This document shows, in pieces, positions 36,903 to 48,518 of a DNA stretch of 64,000 nt; position 1 is the stretch's first letter, and each line of letters opens with the position of its first letter. The notes under the pieces were generated by a model. It searched no databases. It saw only the letters and a program-made list of their open reading frames with translations, and was not told the DNA's origin. The stretch comes from Novakomyces olei (taxonomy: Eukaryota), in NCBI GenBank assembly GCA_016906335.1, contig JADEYG010000001.1:1674001-1738000 (forward strand), read 5' to 3'. The position numbers and the translations under genes were made by a program.

Positions 36903-37449
36903 GGTCGCAGGCGTTTGTATTCTTGCGTTCTTTTATCAGGGACTGGACGTGGATTAAAGTTCTTATATTCTGCATATTCTCCTCTACATAGAATATATAT
37001 GATACGTGGGATGCCTACCTACCCACTCGCCTTTGCGTTATTCGTTTCATAACATAAGTTTCCCAATACGGTAATAACGATAGAGCAAGAATGACGTTCT
37101 CAGTACCTGTTTGCGCGGGATTGCGTTATTGCGTTATTGCTCAAAGCCCCGAATGCACAGCCCACGCTTGCCAGCAAAGAAGAAACAAGGTCTTGTTTTC
37201 AGTGGGATGCTGCTGTTACAATCAAAGTCAAAAAGAAAATTTTCAAAGGCTTATTCCGCTTTGTTTACTTAACAAAGCTTTGGTAAATTGTAGTAATATT
37301 AGACTATTGATAGTAGACTCAATTACTTCCATTGAGCTTTGGCTACGAAGGTTAGTAGCTAGACGAGCAAATTATGCAACAAATTGTTTCCATCCAAACG
37401 TGCCTATGTCAGCTAGGAGTTATATCCCCTACAGCTTTCAAATTCATTC

Positions 37450-38907
37450 TCAATTTTTAGCCTCTGAAGGCGGCGTCCAGCGCGACCAATTATAAGTCCG
37501 ACCTGGATGATCCTCTCGCAATTCCGGTCCAAAAGAACCCTCTGACAGATTCTCGCGCAGTGTCCATGAAGGCTTATCTGACTCTGTTTCATACTCTGTG
37601 CGGAAGAGTCCGCGGCTCTGCAATTCGGGAATCACCAAATCTACCAAATCCTTAAAAGATGCCCAGCGTTCAATATAGCCAACATTGAACCCGTCCACAT
37701 CAGCCTCCCTTACCCAATGCTCTAGTCCATCGGCAATCTGACTTGGCGTGCCTACCAGCAAAGGAGCATTACCGCCTAGAGCAATCTTTTGTCCTACAGT
37801 TACAGGGGTCCATTTATGATTTTCGCCAGCGGCCGTATTCCAATTGTCAACAAGGCTTTGCATAGCATTACTTTTCGTTAGTCGTACTTCATCGTCTCGA
37901 CCAATAGTTGCCAGGTCGAGTCCAGTCCACCCACCAAACAGAGTCAATGCACCTTCTACTGACGTGTACTTCTTGTACTCTTCCAGCTTTGCTTTTGCTG
38001 CGCCCTCTGTTTCTGCGGTCACAATTGTTATACCAGCAATGACTTTAATAGATCGCGGATCGCGACCTTTCTCGGCAGCCTTTTGTCTTATCAACTTCAC
38101 TCTTGGTCCCAGAATTGACGGTAAATGCCCCGACATGAAAACAGCTTCCGCGTGCTTGGCAGCAAATTCAATTCCGGCCGAAGAGGTACCGGCCTGGAAA
38201 ATTACAGGGGACCGTTGTGGCGAAGGGTCTACCGGGTGAGGACCCTCAACACTGAAGTGGTCACCTTTATGGAAAATCTTTCGCACATGTGAAGCATCAT
38301 ACAATCTGCCACTAGAAATTTCCCTTAATGTCGAGTTTTCCGTCCAAGAGCCCTCCCATAATTTAAAACAGACTTCCATATACTCATCGGCTCGGGCGTA
38401 ACGTGCATCATGGTCAAGCTGCTCCTTTCTTCCGCACTGTCTCGCCATGCTGTCGAGGAAAGAAGTTACAACATTCCATCCCACGCGTCCATGAGTGATA
38501 TGATCAAGAGTGGAAAACTTTCGAGCCAAAAGGTAAGGTTCCTCGTAAGTGGCGGTAGATGTTACGCCAAAGCCAAGGCGACGTGTTACCGCCGACATTG
38601 CCGGGATGAGGTAAGACCCGTCTAACTGGGGGAATTGTACAGCGTATTCAATAGGCAAAGTAGAGTTTGATGGGCCTTGATACACATCATACAGGGCAAG
38701 AGTATCAGCGAGGAAAAGAGCGTGCACTTTTCCACGCTCCAACAATTTAGCCAACTCTATCCAGTCCTCTATTTTGGCATAGTTTTCGCTTGTATCAGTG
38801 GGATTTCTCCACTGACCTGGAGCCAGATGCGAAACAGCACCCATAGCAAAGGCGTTGATGATCATGTGCTGCTTTTTGGTGCGCTTAGTGCCGTTTAACT
38901 CTGCCAT
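37450..38907 (-). CDS. Second DszA/NtaA-family luciferase-like monooxygenase, intronless
   Basis: HLAPGQWR, LFLAD, STLDHITHGRVGWNVVTS, PSPQRSPVIFQAGTSSAG.EFAAKHAE, DVDGFNV. Confidence 0.92.
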   Translation of the reverse strand: MAELNGTKRTKKQHMIINAFAMGAVSHLAPGQWRNPTDTSENYAKIEDWIELAKLLERGKVHALFLADTLALYDVYQGPSNSTLPIEYAVQFPQLDGSYLIPAMSAVTRRLGFGVTSTATYEEPYLLARKFSTLDHITHGRVGWNVVTSFLDSMARQCGRKEQLDHDARYARADEYMEVCFKLWEGSWTENSTLREISSGRLYDASHVRKIFHKGDHFSVEGPHPVDPSPQRSPVIFQAGTSSAGIEFAAKHAEAVFMSGHLPSILGPRVKLIRQKAAEKGRDPRSIKVIAGITIVTAETEGAAKAKLEEYKKYTSVEGALTLFGGWTGLDLATIGRDDEVRLTKSNAMQSLVDNWNTAAGENHKWTPVTVGQKIALGGNAPLLVGTPSQIADGLEHWVREADVDGFNVGYIERWASFKDLVDLVIPELQSRGLFRTEYETESDKPSWTLRENLSEGSFGPELREDHPGRTYNWSRWTPPSEAKN

Positions 38908-39512
38908 TGCCGATTGAATTGCTCGTAATAGGGAAAAAAGACTGTATTTGAGTGGTTCTCGTTAGGTGGGAGGGCTAATTCTCCATATAATGCAATGCTG
39001 AAATGTGGGTAGCCGATTGCGCAACGAGTATATCTGCTGCGTAAAAGATCAGATAAAATGGGTTAAAATTACATACTGATAAAATGTAATTCAGCTCTCT
39101 AACAAATACGCCAACTAGTGAAAATCATACTGCATTCAAATAATTAAATATCTAACACTAGTTTCGACCATCTACCATAAGGTAGATGAGCCGCATTGTG
39201 GGTCAGTCGTACCGATCAAAGTTCAGAATAATGTTCTGGTCAATCTGGACGAAGGTGGAATGTCTCAACAGAATCTGCTGTGGAGCTGCGTTGAATCACA
39301 GACGCTTAAACATATAGTACATAAAATAGACTGGACATAAAACGTAAAAGAATCACGTTACAATTCTGTGCTGTATGAATTATTAATAATAAACTTTAAT
39401 TTGCTTTATAATTATGTAATTGCACGTGTCAGTAATATCGCACTTGGCAATGCCATCATAGGATCGCGACAAAAGCGCCGGTCGGTTGCGAGCTGAGCTC
39501 CAGTCGGAAATC

Positions 39513-41416
39513 ATGTCGGACAAGTCTGTGTGGTCGCGGGCAAAGACGACGTCGAAAACGGGATTCGATAAAGTATGGGCTTTGGCTGACAAGCTGGGAG
39601 CTCCGGTGAACCGGCTTTCAAATAAACTTGGCTCAGAGGCCTTTTGGCCCACTTCGCTCGACAAGGAAAGCGACAAAGCTGCCCGGATTCTACGAAGTTT
39701 TTGCAGTAAGTTGATTGCTAACAGGCTTCTGATCTGCTATGCCTCCAAACTAACTTTGGCTTTAGAGGACGGTTACTTTGAAGAAGAAGAAATTTCTACC
39801 AACGATGGTCCTAAACAAAAGCAGCGAGTCTTAAAGAAGATTCCTCAGAAAGTACGTTTGAGAAGATTTTCCCTCTGTCTAGATTACAAGCTTCTTACAT
39901 ACTTTAGGTCATAAAAAATGCGGTTGGGCTTGCAATTTTTACGACGATGCGGACGGGGCTTTGGGTTTCCGGATCCGGCGGAAGTGGAGTTGTCGTTGCA
40001 CGACTCGCAGACGGTACGTGGTCACCCCCCTCAGGTATAATGTTGCACACGGCCGGGATTGGCTTCCTTGTTGGCGTTGATATATACGACTGTGTAGTTG
40101 TTATAAACACGCGAAAGGCCCTTGAAGGGTTTACTAAAGTACGGTGTACTGTTGGTGGTGAAATTAGTGCGGTCGCTGGCCCAGCTGGAGTAGGTGGTAT
40201 TCTTGACACGGAGATTCATGCCCGTCAAGCGCCGCTGTTTACGTACATGAAATCTCGTGGCTTTTACGCTGGTGCTCAGATCGATGGAACAATTATCATT
40301 GAACGAACAGATGAGAACGCTCGGTTTTACGGGACTGACGTTTCCTGCCGGGATATACTTTCCGGGAAAGTACGGCACCCTCCTTTTGAAACCAAAAAGT
40401 TGATTGAAACTGTGAAAGCTGCAGAGGGTGATAAAAATATAGATCTTTCTCTGATCCCGGATGAGCCTCCTCCTGCTGATTTTGAAGTGGAGAAAAGAGG
40501 GCATTTGTTTGGGGTTCCAGATGATGATGATCCCGACCCGTTTGGCAAACATGCTCTAGAACAAGCGGGAACAGAAATAAGGGTCTCTGGGACAAGAGAG
40601 ATTCCTTCAGATGACGAGTTTGAGTTTCATCCGGCTCCTTCCAGTCCGGTCTATAAGCCAGATTCGAGAAAGAGCCATGACCACGAATCTAGTTCAAGCC
40701 GGCAGAGCTTCCAGGGACATACTAGGAGTTCTGAAGGGTCTCCTTCAGTCGGTGGTCTTCGTAAACATGCTGTCCCTCCTCCCTTACCTGCCCGGTCTCT
40801 GTTTCCGCACTCAAATAATGCCGGACACGAGTCATCTGCTGCAGAAGACGCTTCTCAAAGTGGTGCAGACGGCTTAGAGTCTCCTAAAGAACTGGAGGAA
40901 GAAACCGCTGTAGTGAAGCCAGCGTTAGTCGAGACAAAGAACAAGCCACCGGCTTTACCGGAGCGTAAATCAAGAGAAGAGCCTTTGCCATCCGATCGCG
41001 AAATTGATCAGTATCAAAGCTTATCTGCCGAACATAATCCGGAACACGCGTCACTTTCTGACCAAGATTCAAGTGCCGCCTACGAAAGTATCGATGAACA
41101 GGATGAATCCTTGGAGCCGGAACCGTCAAACGAGGAAAATGGTGAAAACAAAAGTACGCATGAACCTGAATTTCAGGCGGTGCCTGGAAATGAGGATGGG
41201 TCAAGTCAATCTCGGAAGAGTGACAACCAAGACAGCTTGGCTACCGCTGACCCACTACCTGTTACTGGTGAGGAACAAATCAGCATAGAGGACAATTCAG
41301 GGGAAGGCTATGATATGGAGCGAGTATCTTTGGACGATCCAACGCCAAACGATACAAACGTGGCGGCTTTAGAAGAAAAAGAAACAACTGGCAAACAAGA
41401 TGTGGACTTGACATGA
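39513..41416 (+). CDS. SYLF/Ysc84 (DUF500) domain protein with a long acidic disordered tail and no SH3; 2 introns
   Basis: SEAFWPTSLDKESDKAARILRSFC, GLAIFT..R.GLWVSGSGGSGVVVAR...WSPPSGI, YMKSRGFYAG..IDG, PPPLPAR. Confidence 0.85.
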
Positions 41417-41953
41417 TTCTGCTTGCCTGATAGCGCTTGTTTGTACAACTTTTTCCCATTGTAGTATGCTCAGCTACTTATCAAAACACCTATTTTAATT
41501 TTGTTCGATTTTGTTTAGTTAGTATTGCCTATGTAGCGCGTTTTGAACTTGAGAAGATGGGGATTATGAATTCGTAACAACAGCTGTATTAGTGATTGCA
41601 AAATAATTTAGCCTGCTTGCTTCCTGGGCGGGAAGCGCGTTGCTTTATACGAAACTGTATCAGCGAGGAAAGACATGTGATTTGTCTCCGTAAAGGAATA
41701 TACAACATGATATGACCTACAATGCAATTAGCGCTTGCGGATAATAATTGATTTCATTGTGTTTGTGTCGTGCCAACTTGCAATTAAGTCAAGTAAACTA
41801 GAAAGAGGGTAAAGTTGGTCATTAAATGGCATTGAACAAAACTGCTCTGTCACTACTGTCGTCATTATAGCACTCAAAATTTTACAACCAGTACAATCGA
41901 GACACATATGGCATTATAAAATATTCTCTCTCCAACTAGAAACAAAACGCACA

Positions 41954-43636
41954 TTAATTTTTTGGCGCCCGGGCATTAGCAGCGGCGACGTAGTGTCCCC
42001 AAGTAATCAGCTCTCCACTGCAATCGTCCTGGTCAATGACGCACTCAATCAGGGTTGGCCCATCTTTGTGGGTGTGTGCTTTCTTTATGGCCTCGATCAA
42101 TTCGCCAGAGGTAGTAGCACGGTACCCGTGAGCATTGTTGTGATGATCCCCATCAAGAGCCCTTACAAAAGCGCCATAGTCCCAGTTTTGGATGCGATTG
42201 TAAGGTCCGTCATGGATCTCCACTTCAATAGTGTAGCCTCGGTTATTGATCAAAAAGATCAAGATCGGCAATTTGTGTCGAACCATCTGGGAAACTTCTT
42301 GCGCAGTTACTTGGAAAGATCCGTCACCAATCATAACGACAATATGACGATCCCGTTCAGCGACAGCGTAGCCCATAGCGGCAGGAATAGACCATCCAAT
42401 GTGGCCCCATTGCATTTCAATCTCAAACTTGGCTCCGTGTGGAAGCGTCATTTGCTCACCATTGAACCAAGAATCGCCGGTATCAACAAACAGCGTTGTG
42501 TCCGACGTCAAGACCTGCTGTATCTGACGGGAAACCTCTTTGCGGGACAAACTTTCCGTGGGACCCACTTTATGGAAAGTGGGTGGGTCATTACGGATAC
42601 GATTGTACTCGACAAGAGTGGTATCGTTACGCTCTACTTTTGTCGCGAGCGCCACCAACAAATCTCCGAGCCGAATGCGTCCAAAATAGGCACCGGAAAA
42701 CGCCACGTGGTCCAGCTGTGCTACCATAATCGGACTGCTTGGGCGGGCTGTCCATCCCACGGTAGTGTAATCGGTAAACATAGTGCCCACGCAGATAATG
42801 GCATCGGCCCAATTAATAATCGTATCTGCCCCGCAAGTACTCGCCTGACCCCAGTAGATGCCGGCGAATTGCGGGTGGTCTTCCGGGAAGAAGCCCTTGG
42901 CGGAAGGCTGTACCGTCACGGCACAGCCAATGGCCTCGGCAAACTGAAGCAACTGCCGCTGAGCACTGGCCGCCCGTACTTTGGGGCCCACCAAGATTGC
43001 CGGCTTGGCTTTCCCACGCAAGTAATCGGCGGCAGTTTCTACAGCGTGGGCAAGCACGGACTCGTCATTGGGCTGAACGTTCCCCAGAGTGCTCAATGGC
43101 CCGGGGCGCACGCAAGGTGCACCCGACAAGTTTGTGGGGACTTCGATATACGCAGGTTTCCGTGTGATAAGCGCGGTGCGAATAGCGCGGTCGATAAGCC
43201 GTGGAGCATCGTACGCGCGTGGGATAGCAACGGCACATGACGTAATGTGCTTGGCCATTTCGAGCTGATAAGAATAGTTGTTGGTAGCAAGAGTGTGGTG
43301 CAAAAGGTTAAACTCGCCAGCGTCGTTTGTATTGGGGGCGCCGCTGATAAGAATGAGCGGCAGATTTTCACTATAAGCGCTTCCGGTGCCGTTGAAAGCG
43401 GAAAAGGCGCCCACGCTAAAAGTGACCACGCACGCAGAAACGCCCTTGGCACGGGCATAGCCTTCAGCGGCCATTGAGCAGTTTAGCTCATTGGCGCAAT
43501 TAACCTCTGACAGGTCCGGGTTGTTTTGCAGTTTGTCCAAAAGCACCAGATTATAGTCGCCAGGCACGACAAAGTAGTTCTTGACTCCGACTTGAGCCAG
43601 TCGCTCAGCGAGATAATCACCCACTGTGTATGTCAT
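41954..43636 (-). CDS. PDC: Pyruvate decarboxylase (ThDP-dependent; Neurospora Cfp/Zymomonas-like type), intronless
   Basis: TVGDYLAERL..PGDYNL, NELNC..AAEGYAR, LHHTL, MQWGHIGWS, GDGSFQ...NNRGYTIEVEIHDG. Confidence 0.95.
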   Translation of the reverse strand: MTYTVGDYLAERLAQVGVKNYFVVPGDYNLVLLDKLQNNPDLSEVNCANELNCSMAAEGYARAKGVSACVVTFSVGAFSAFNGTGSAYSENLPLILISGAPNTNDAGEFNLLHHTLATNNYSYQLEMAKHITSCAVAIPRAYDAPRLIDRAIRTALITRKPAYIEVPTNLSGAPCVRPGPLSTLGNVQPNDESVLAHAVETAADYLRGKAKPAILVGPKVRAASAQRQLLQFAEAIGCAVTVQPSAKGFFPEDHPQFAGIYWGQASTCGADTIINWADAIICVGTMFTDYTTVGWTARPSSPIMVAQLDHVAFSGAYFGRIRLGDLLVALATKVERNDTTLVEYNRIRNDPPTFHKVGPTESLSRKEVSRQIQQVLTSDTTLFVDTGDSWFNGEQMTLPHGAKFEIEMQWGHIGWSIPAAMGYAVAERDRHIVVMIGDGSFQVTAQEVSQMVRHKLPILIFLINNRGYTIEVEIHDGPYNRIQNWDYGAFVRALDGDHHNNAHGYRATTSGELIEAIKKAHTHKDGPTLIECVIDQDDCSGELITWGHYVAAANARAPKN

Positions 43637-45008
43637 GCTGCTCTAAACAATTTTGGTATTGCCCACAATGACAAAGAATTATATACTCCAAAACGTGGCG
43701 TGACAAAGGTAATAAGCGACACGTCGTTCGCCGCCCGGCTCGCTTTCGGGCTTGCGTGGGTCGATAGCCGGGTAGTCAGGGTTTTCTTTTTCTCTCGGAG
43801 ACAGGTGTGCCCGAACGAATTTGCCAATCGTACGTTGTAGATCTGTTTCACGTGATCGTGATGGTGAGACAATGGGTTCGGCGTCTATTCTATCGAATTC
43901 TGTCACGCTCGCCATGAGCGCTCTTTACTGTGCGGCTCACCTGTATTTGATTGGCCAAAGATTGATTGGCTAACATTTAATTGACTTTTTGGCCCTGTTT
44001 GATTGGCTTGTTTCCAGTCTACCGCTGGCCGCCGTATTGCCACGAACTTGAGTCTTATTACTTGGCATTTTGGGGCAGCAGTTTATGCGCAGACTGTTAA
44101 AACTGTCGTTCATAAAAGCTTTGTTGTCGCATGCGCACCAATTTCTTCTAGCCTGGTCTTATACATAGTAACTTGATGCGTACTTATAGGCAATTGATGA
44201 TTTTGTGAAGCATATAAGGCAGGTAGCAAAGAGCGGTCATCTCTCAACAATATGTGTACTTCAGACTGTCAGATTTAAATACTACAATGATAAATAGGCT
44301 GTAGACTGCCATGTTTTGTTCAGTCTACGCCGGGCATAATTTGTTCCTGTAATTGCAGGAACTAGGATTAGTGAATTATCACAAGTCTTAATTTTTAACC
44401 AGTTGTCGAATTATTAATATCTGTTAGAAATTTATATTTCAGCAAAGTTCCTTATGTAGAATGATTGAATTAGCAACAAACAATAGCTTCAGCTGAACCC
44501 CCCAAAGAGTTCTGGGAGTTCGCTTGGTCTATAAATATAACTATGAGTTGTAGAGTGAGATCCGGTAGTAAACTAAAGTCAAACAACTGACGGGCGCGTT
44601 GGATGTGTCTGAATATGGAAAAGATAAGCAAAACTAGTATTAGGGGACAAAAGACTCATATTTCAACAATATCATTTTCAACTTCGAACGGTGATATAAG
44701 CTATCTGCTAAAGTAACGAATGGTAAAGGTCCCACGGACTCAGAGGCTGCGCTGTTCCACGCCGTCTCCACACACGGCAATTTGCACGCATGAAGCCCGG
44801 GGGAAAAGGAAAATACATATATATAAACGTGCTGTCTGCGTGGCTCTGTAAATAAAACGATAGCGAGCCATATGCGTAGTAGCAGCGCAGTACTTGCGTG
44901 GCTGGAAATGTGACTCTAGGGTTTACGTGAGTTTTGTGTCAAGAGGTCGGTATTGCAACTTGCAGTGCAGACATGATATACAAATAAAAGCGCTTCTGCA
45001 AAACCACC

Positions 45009-46877
45009 CTAGTTCTTCTCCGTAGGGGAAGCCCGCTCAACGTCAACATGGCCGTTTTCCTTGCTGTAGGTATTCACGTTCTCGCCTTGTTCATAGGAGG
45101 AGGAAAGCTCCAAGCCTTCCGTCCGCTCATACCCAAAAGTTGTATGATCAACCAGGCTAGCCCTGTCCGGGAAGAAATGGCTGAGGGCGCCGTACACGAG
45201 AATACTGCTGACAAAGCCGTAGAGCCAGTCAAAAGAGTACAAGTTATTAGCGCCCGCAGAGATGTTGACCTTGCCCGGAGTGATACTGTACGCTAGTCCC
45301 GGCAAATTAGGGGCAATTGCAATGACAAAAGCAACGACGGCGCGCCAGTTAAAGCCGTAATAGTAGCGGTAGCGGCCGTGCGGGTCGTAGAGAGCGGGAA
45401 CGTCAAAGTGGCGGCGTTTGACAAAATGGTAATCAACGGCCATAATGCCGCTAAAAGGCGCAAGAAAGACGGCGTAGCCGCCCATAAAGGAGAGGAAAGT
45501 TTGGGCCGAGTTGAGGATTTCCCAGGGCACGATAACCCAGCCGCCGACGATAGCGGCAATTATACAGCCGCGAGTAATATTAATGTACTTGGGGCAGAGG
45601 ACGGTGAGATCGTTGGCAGCAGAGATGGAGTTGGCCGTGATATTGGTTCCGACTTGGGCGATGTACCAAGATAGGCCGGCAAAGAACATGGCAGCGCGGC
45701 CGCCGTGGGATCCCTGCCACTGGGAAATGATGTCGAGCGGGTTCCACATATAACTCCCATAAACGACTCTCGAGGCGGAGGTGGTGACGATGCCGAGGAC
45801 TCCGCAGACGGTAAAGATGAAGGGCAGAAAAGGCAGCTGAACATACTGGCCACGTGAGGTTTTAGCGTAGCGTGAAAAGTCTGGAATATTGCAGGCAAGA
45901 GTGGCCCAAGAGCCGGTTACGGAGGACATACAGGAGAGCCATTTCCAGGCGTAATCGCTGCCATGGACTTCGCGCGGGAGGCTGAAGAGCTCACCGCCAC
46001 CGCCGGCCTTGTGGACGATCCAGCCCATCGTGGCAATGGCCGTTACGGGAGCGGCTACGAGTTTAACGAGGAAGAGCCAGCGCAGACGCGTTGGTGGGAT
46101 AAGGAGAAGCGGGAGCTGAATGAGCCAGAACAAAAAGTAGGAGCACATGCCCATAGTAGTGATCCCGGCGCTGTCGGAGAGCCGATTGGGGATTCTGCTG
46201 TAGGAAGGCCAAATGGCAGAGAGCATGACTGTGATGCACACAGCGCCATTGGCGCTCTGGATACCGAGCCAAAACATGGCGAGAATGGCACGGGAAAAGA
46301 TGCAAAAGTAGGCAAAGTAGTAGCCAAAGCTGGAGCGTGTGATGACGGCGAAGGGGATGTCTGGACAAGTCAGCAAGTGAAAATGAAATGAAATGAAGAG
46401 GAATGAAAAGGAAAGGAAGAGGAAAGGAAATTAAAAGGAAAGGAAATGAAATGAAAGAAAATGAAATGAAATCAAAATGAAATGAAATCAAAATCAAAAT
46501 CAAAAGAAAAGGTTAAGTGGGTACGTACGCATTTTAGCGCCTATGGCGCCGTTGAGGACCATAGGAATGGCGACGCAAAAGGTGCCGACGACCATAATGG
46601 GGATAGCGTCGCGCCAGATGAGGCCGACAGATACGATAGAGGAGGCAGTTTCCCAGGTGCCGAGATTGATGGTGTCCGTGGCCCAGTAGGCCATCCAGGT
46701 GACGAGCGTCCACGTCTGGTCCTTCTCGGGCGTAGGGTCCATGTCCGGGTTGGTCCACACATCATCGGGCGCGACGGCCGACTTTTGCTTAGGCAGCTCC
46801 CAAGCCTTCATGGAGGTGAGGCGAGCCTTGACGGTCTCACCGCTCGGCAGATAACGGGTAGGGGACATTTGCGACAT
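45009..46877 (-). CDS. NCS1 nucleobase:cation symporter (Fur4/Dal4-like uracil/allantoin permease); intron 46361-46528
   Basis: WTNPDMDP, MHIPFAVITRSSFG after splicing, WLGIQS, NIPDFSRY, NITANSISAAND, VPW, DYHFVKR, NWRA. Confidence 0.92.
46378..46505. repeat. (GAAAT/GGAAA/CAAAAT)n simple repeat filling the NCS1 intron
   Basis: Directly visible. Confidence 0.85.
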
Positions 46878-46882
46878 GTAGG

Positions 46883-46979
46883 GCAATTTGGACAATTGGA
46901 CAATTGGACAATTGTTCAATTGGACAATTGAACAATCCGACAATTCCACAATTTGAACAATTCCACAATTCCACAATTC
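46883..46979. repeat. Degenerate 8-bp tandem repeat (GGACAATT/CCACAATT) just upstream of the NCS1 ATG
   Basis: About 12 CAAT(T)-core units are visible. Confidence 0.85.
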
Positions 46980-48518
46980 GAAGCTTGGGACGGATGGGCA
47001 GTTTTGTACTGACGTGTACGCTTGTAAGGATGCACTGATAAGGCCAAAAGTAGGCAATAAGAGCGACTGGTGACAGAGATATCAGGGGCTGAATATAGGT
47101 CTGGGCCTTTAGCGGCGTGGGCGCAGGCGAGTAGCGATAGCTCGATTAGGCAGAGATAAGGTCACGTGGATTCCCGATGGGGGAAAGTGCAAGCGACTGG
47201 AACGGGCGAATGAAATGGTTGGTGAACAGGCCAGGAGGGAATCCCACGCAAGCCGGAAGAGAGGGAGAAACCCACACAAGATGGAAGCAAGGTAAGAAGG
47301 AACTGGATGTGGGTTGGCTGTACCGCGTTGCTGCAGCGGTAGTGGCGAACAGCCGCATTGCCTCGTCCACGTGAGCGAACAAGTAGTCTACCGGTCGACA
47401 AGTATTCTGTAAGGAGAAAGTAGCTTTGCCGGTATTTTGCGTAATGTTGGAGGGTCCGAGTAGTGTTGCGTAGTGGTATATGTGCAATGTATACTGAAAG
47501 GGCCTAAGCTCAATATCATGTTATGATAATCTAACATTGGGCTAACCCACGGTTTATCTCCTTGTAGCGACTTAAACCACTAATTTAAAGGGATTATTAC
47601 CGAAACTTGGTGCTTTGAAAACATCACTGCTTCAGGACGCCGTTATCTATAGTTTCGCCTGTATTGCGATAGCGCGCTGCTACCTTGTTTCATTTCTACA
47701 GGGACTGGATACTTAGGTTACTTAAATCAAACATTGGTTTGGGTCCTAGCATTTACGAGTAGTATGTTTGCCGTCCACACTTGCTTGGGCTATAAAACTT
47801 GCATAGGATGAAAAGTAATGCTTGATACAGTAATTGACTCAAACAATGACGAACACTAAGATAGCCGCCCGCAGCTATCTATTGACGACTACGACACGTA
47901 GTAAAAGAATAAAAGACAAGAAATTTGAGCTTTAATAGCAAATACGAGACAATAGATAATAATAGTTCTAGTTTCAACCTTTTTCTTGCAAGGCGGAACA
48001 TCTCTCTTGTATACGATTGTTGTCCTTGTCCCCTTTGTCGAGTGATACTTCCCATGATGGGGTACAAGGGCAATAAGATTACTTGTTTATTACATATGGA
48101 AGGTTTTGTTTTCGATAAGATAAATGTTGAACTGTATTTCTGGGGAAAGTCAAGATTGACGTCTTTGGTGGTCTGAAAGTTGCGCCGAAGGAGGTTCTGC
48201 ACAAGAGGCGCAGGCCACTTTTCAGCGCCTCGGTATTGACGGCAATGGCTCGTATAGCCACACTCGTTCGCCACAATAGAGCAAGCACTGTCAAAGCTGG
48301 AGTGTTTTATTGTCGACAAGATTGCACTTCAGCTCAGTCACTACCAGTGTTGGGTGTGTGTCGCTGAGTTGGACGACTCATTGTCCCGGAGGCGACTACG
48401 GATGCCGGTCGACACAGCAGCAATTTGTTAGTAGTAAGTGTTATATGGGCATGCGTATTGTTGGAACTACACCCTACAACAGCCTACACGAACATAAAAA
48501 TCAAAATCACGTTCATAT

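Noticed and set aside
39017-39026. ATTGCGCAAC upstream of the second DszA-like gene, resembling a sulfur-regulon bZIP (Cys-3/MetR-type) site
   Set aside because: A single short match that I could not find clearly repeated in the other cluster promoters; too weak to call.
41993-43240. 415-aa ORF antisense to PDC
   Set aside because: Shadow ORF expected from the codon bias of the PDC gene; no recognisable motifs.
46883-46979. Regular short repeats that could be mistaken for a CRISPR array
   Set aside because: 8-bp tandem units with no unique spacers, in a eukaryotic context with no cas genes.
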